From: Phoronis australis
Taxonomy: Eukaryota; Animalia; Phoronida
Direction of reading: 5' to 3'
Assembly (NCBI GenBank): GCA_002633005.1
Contig: NMRA01000412.1
Span: 315,405-379,404, forward strand
DNA length: 64,000 nucleotides
Part shown: positions 62,178 through 64,000 of the stretch, piece by piece
How positions within the stretch are numbered: position 1 is the stretch's first letter
Layout: each line of letters opens with the position of its first letter
Notes under the pieces: generated by a model
Seen by the model: the letters and a program-made list of their open reading frames with translations, nothing else
What the model was told of the DNA's origin: nothing
Database searches by the model: none
Position numbers and translations under genes: made by a program

Positions 62178-63452
62178 CTATGAAAAATAAGACGCATAAT
62201 TTCCATAAAAACGATATTTTACTTCTGTGAAATTTTTCTCTCGTGTTCTCTCACTTGTAAATCACCGATCTCCAATTTGAATACGGGTATCATGTCGTTG
62301 GGATCCTTTGACTTGAGCATTATAGTCAGTTACTAGTGGCAACCTACTTTAGCAGACGATATTTTCCCGGTTGAAGCTTAGCGTGATAAAATGTGTAGTA
62401 AGCTATAATAGTTGCTAAACCTTAATTTATAGATTCACTTCATTTCTATTCTGTTTAAATTTTCAATTGGTTTTGAGCATAAGCATTATTTGACAAAAAT
62501 AGCTAGGCTTTTCTTAAAAGGTCACGACCTCTGATCCCGGGCTTCTGACGTAGAAAGCCGAGGCGAGTCGAGAAATGTAGATCGATTCATTGCAATGTTT
62601 CTCATTCAGTATGTGGTATAAATAGATTATTACAGCGTACATGTTCTCAGTTGTTATCCCCCTTATCTAGAGCCCTCATGGATTTTGGAAATTTATTACC
62701 CTCGGGGCTAACGCCCTCGGGCTCTAGATAACGGGGGATAACGACTTTGCCATGTAATAATCTATATTTATACGCTATGAAAAATAAGACGCATAATTTC
62801 CATAAAAACGATATTTTAATTCAGTGAAATTTTTCTCTCGTGTTCTCTCACTTGTAAATCGCCGATCTCCAATTTGAATGCGGGTATCGTGTCGTCGGGA
62901 TCCTTTGACTTGAGCATTCTAGTCAGTTACTAGTGGTAAACTACTTTAGCAGACGATATTTTCCCGGTCGAAGCTTGGCGTGATAAAATGTGTAATAAGC
63001 TATAATAGTTGCTAAACCTTAATTAACAGATTCACTTCATTTCTATTTTGTTTAAATTTCCAATTGGTTTTGAGTATAAGCATTATTTGACAAAAATAGC
63101 TAGGCTTTTCTTAAAAGGTCACTACCTCGACCCCGGGCCTCTGACACAGAAAGTAGTTACAAAGCCGAGGCGAGTCGAGAAAGGTAGATTCATTGCAATG
63201 TTTCTCGTTCAGTATGTGGTATAAATAGATTATTACATGTTCTCAGTCGTTATCCCCCATATCTAGAGCCCTCGTGAATTTTTGAGAATTATCACCCTCG
63301 GGGCTAACGGCCCTCGGGCGATAATTCTCCAAAATCCACTAGGGCTCTAGATAACGGGGGATAACGACTTCGCTATGTAATAATCTATATTTATACGCTA
63401 TGAAAAATAAGACGCATAATTTCCATAAAAACGATATTTAATTCAGTGAAAT
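62178..63452 (+). repeat. About 600-bp tandem repeat (2 copies plus start of a third), each ending in a long palindrome
   Basis: Unit start CTATGAAAAATAAGACGCATAATTTCC at 62178, 62775 and 63398; palindromes at 62616-62773 and 63219-63396. Confidence 0.9.
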
Positions 63453-63934
63453 ACGGAAATAGTGTCCTAAGGAAGGTAGGAATGCAATCGACCAAGATAA
63501 TCTCTTGCCAGAATGTCAGTTTGAGCCGATTAGAGTATCATTGTCAAGCAGTGACGTAATATACAATAGAGCTATCTCATTTATTTTGCTAGCGTTTTAT
63601 TTTTCGGAATTATGAAATGTACATGTTGTCAACGCGTTATTGCTGTTCAAGTGCCTAGTCTATCCTGTTGGTTTCGGCCACTGTATCACCCTCCACACTG
63701 AGCGGGCACTCGACATTGCGCGAAACTTTACCTAATTTGCGACGCCCATAAGTGTGCCGAGCGTAGGCCTCTGATACATTGAAAGAACCAAAATTCACAT
63801 TGTTCTCTCCATTACAGTCAATGTACTGCGTCAACACCTGGTTTTGTTCATTTTAATCAGAAAGCATATAGAGGAAGCTTAGAGGACGGCGTAGCAAATG
63901 AAAGAAAGGGGCGAGATTATGGGGTATGGAGGGG

Positions 63935-64000
63935 GAAGGGAGAGCGAGCGAGAGAGGGAGAGAGAGGTTGAGAGAGAGAGAGAGGGAGGGAGAGAGGGAG
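63935..64000 (+). repeat. (GA)n/(GGGA)n microsatellite
   Basis: gagagagggagagagagg.. running to the window end. Confidence 0.9.

Overview
Eukaryotic, intron-rich animal genomic DNA, probably from a marine invertebrate (inferred from the repeat content and CLCA divergence; the taxon cannot be determined from the sequence). It has two single-N assembly gaps (111, 13699). The window holds a cluster of three CLCA (calcium-activated chloride channel regulator / zinc-metalloprotease-vWA) paralogues. Gene A (+) shows only its last two exons (484-2542). Gene B (-) is complete: 15 coding exons at 31070-8708, 3024 nt, about 1007 aa, with one GC-AG intron. Gene C (+) shows 12 coding exons (37332-54190) and its 3' exons are not in the window. 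A and B are tail-to-tail products of an inverted duplication whose introns still align; B and C are head-to-head and more diverged, but share exon sizes. The remainder is transposon debris: a Gypsy pol remnant, a Tc1 remnant, a DIRS/Ngaro tyrosine-recombinase retrotransposon split by nested insertions, Helentron-type non-autonomous elements, TA- and CWG-flanked MITEs, long fold-back palindromes and a tRNA-derived SINE head. The most striking non-genic signal is a strong excess of the palindrome TACATGTA. Two in-window paralogous alignments show it arising as a TA to TA-CATG-TA insertion, the classic Tc1-type excision footprint.
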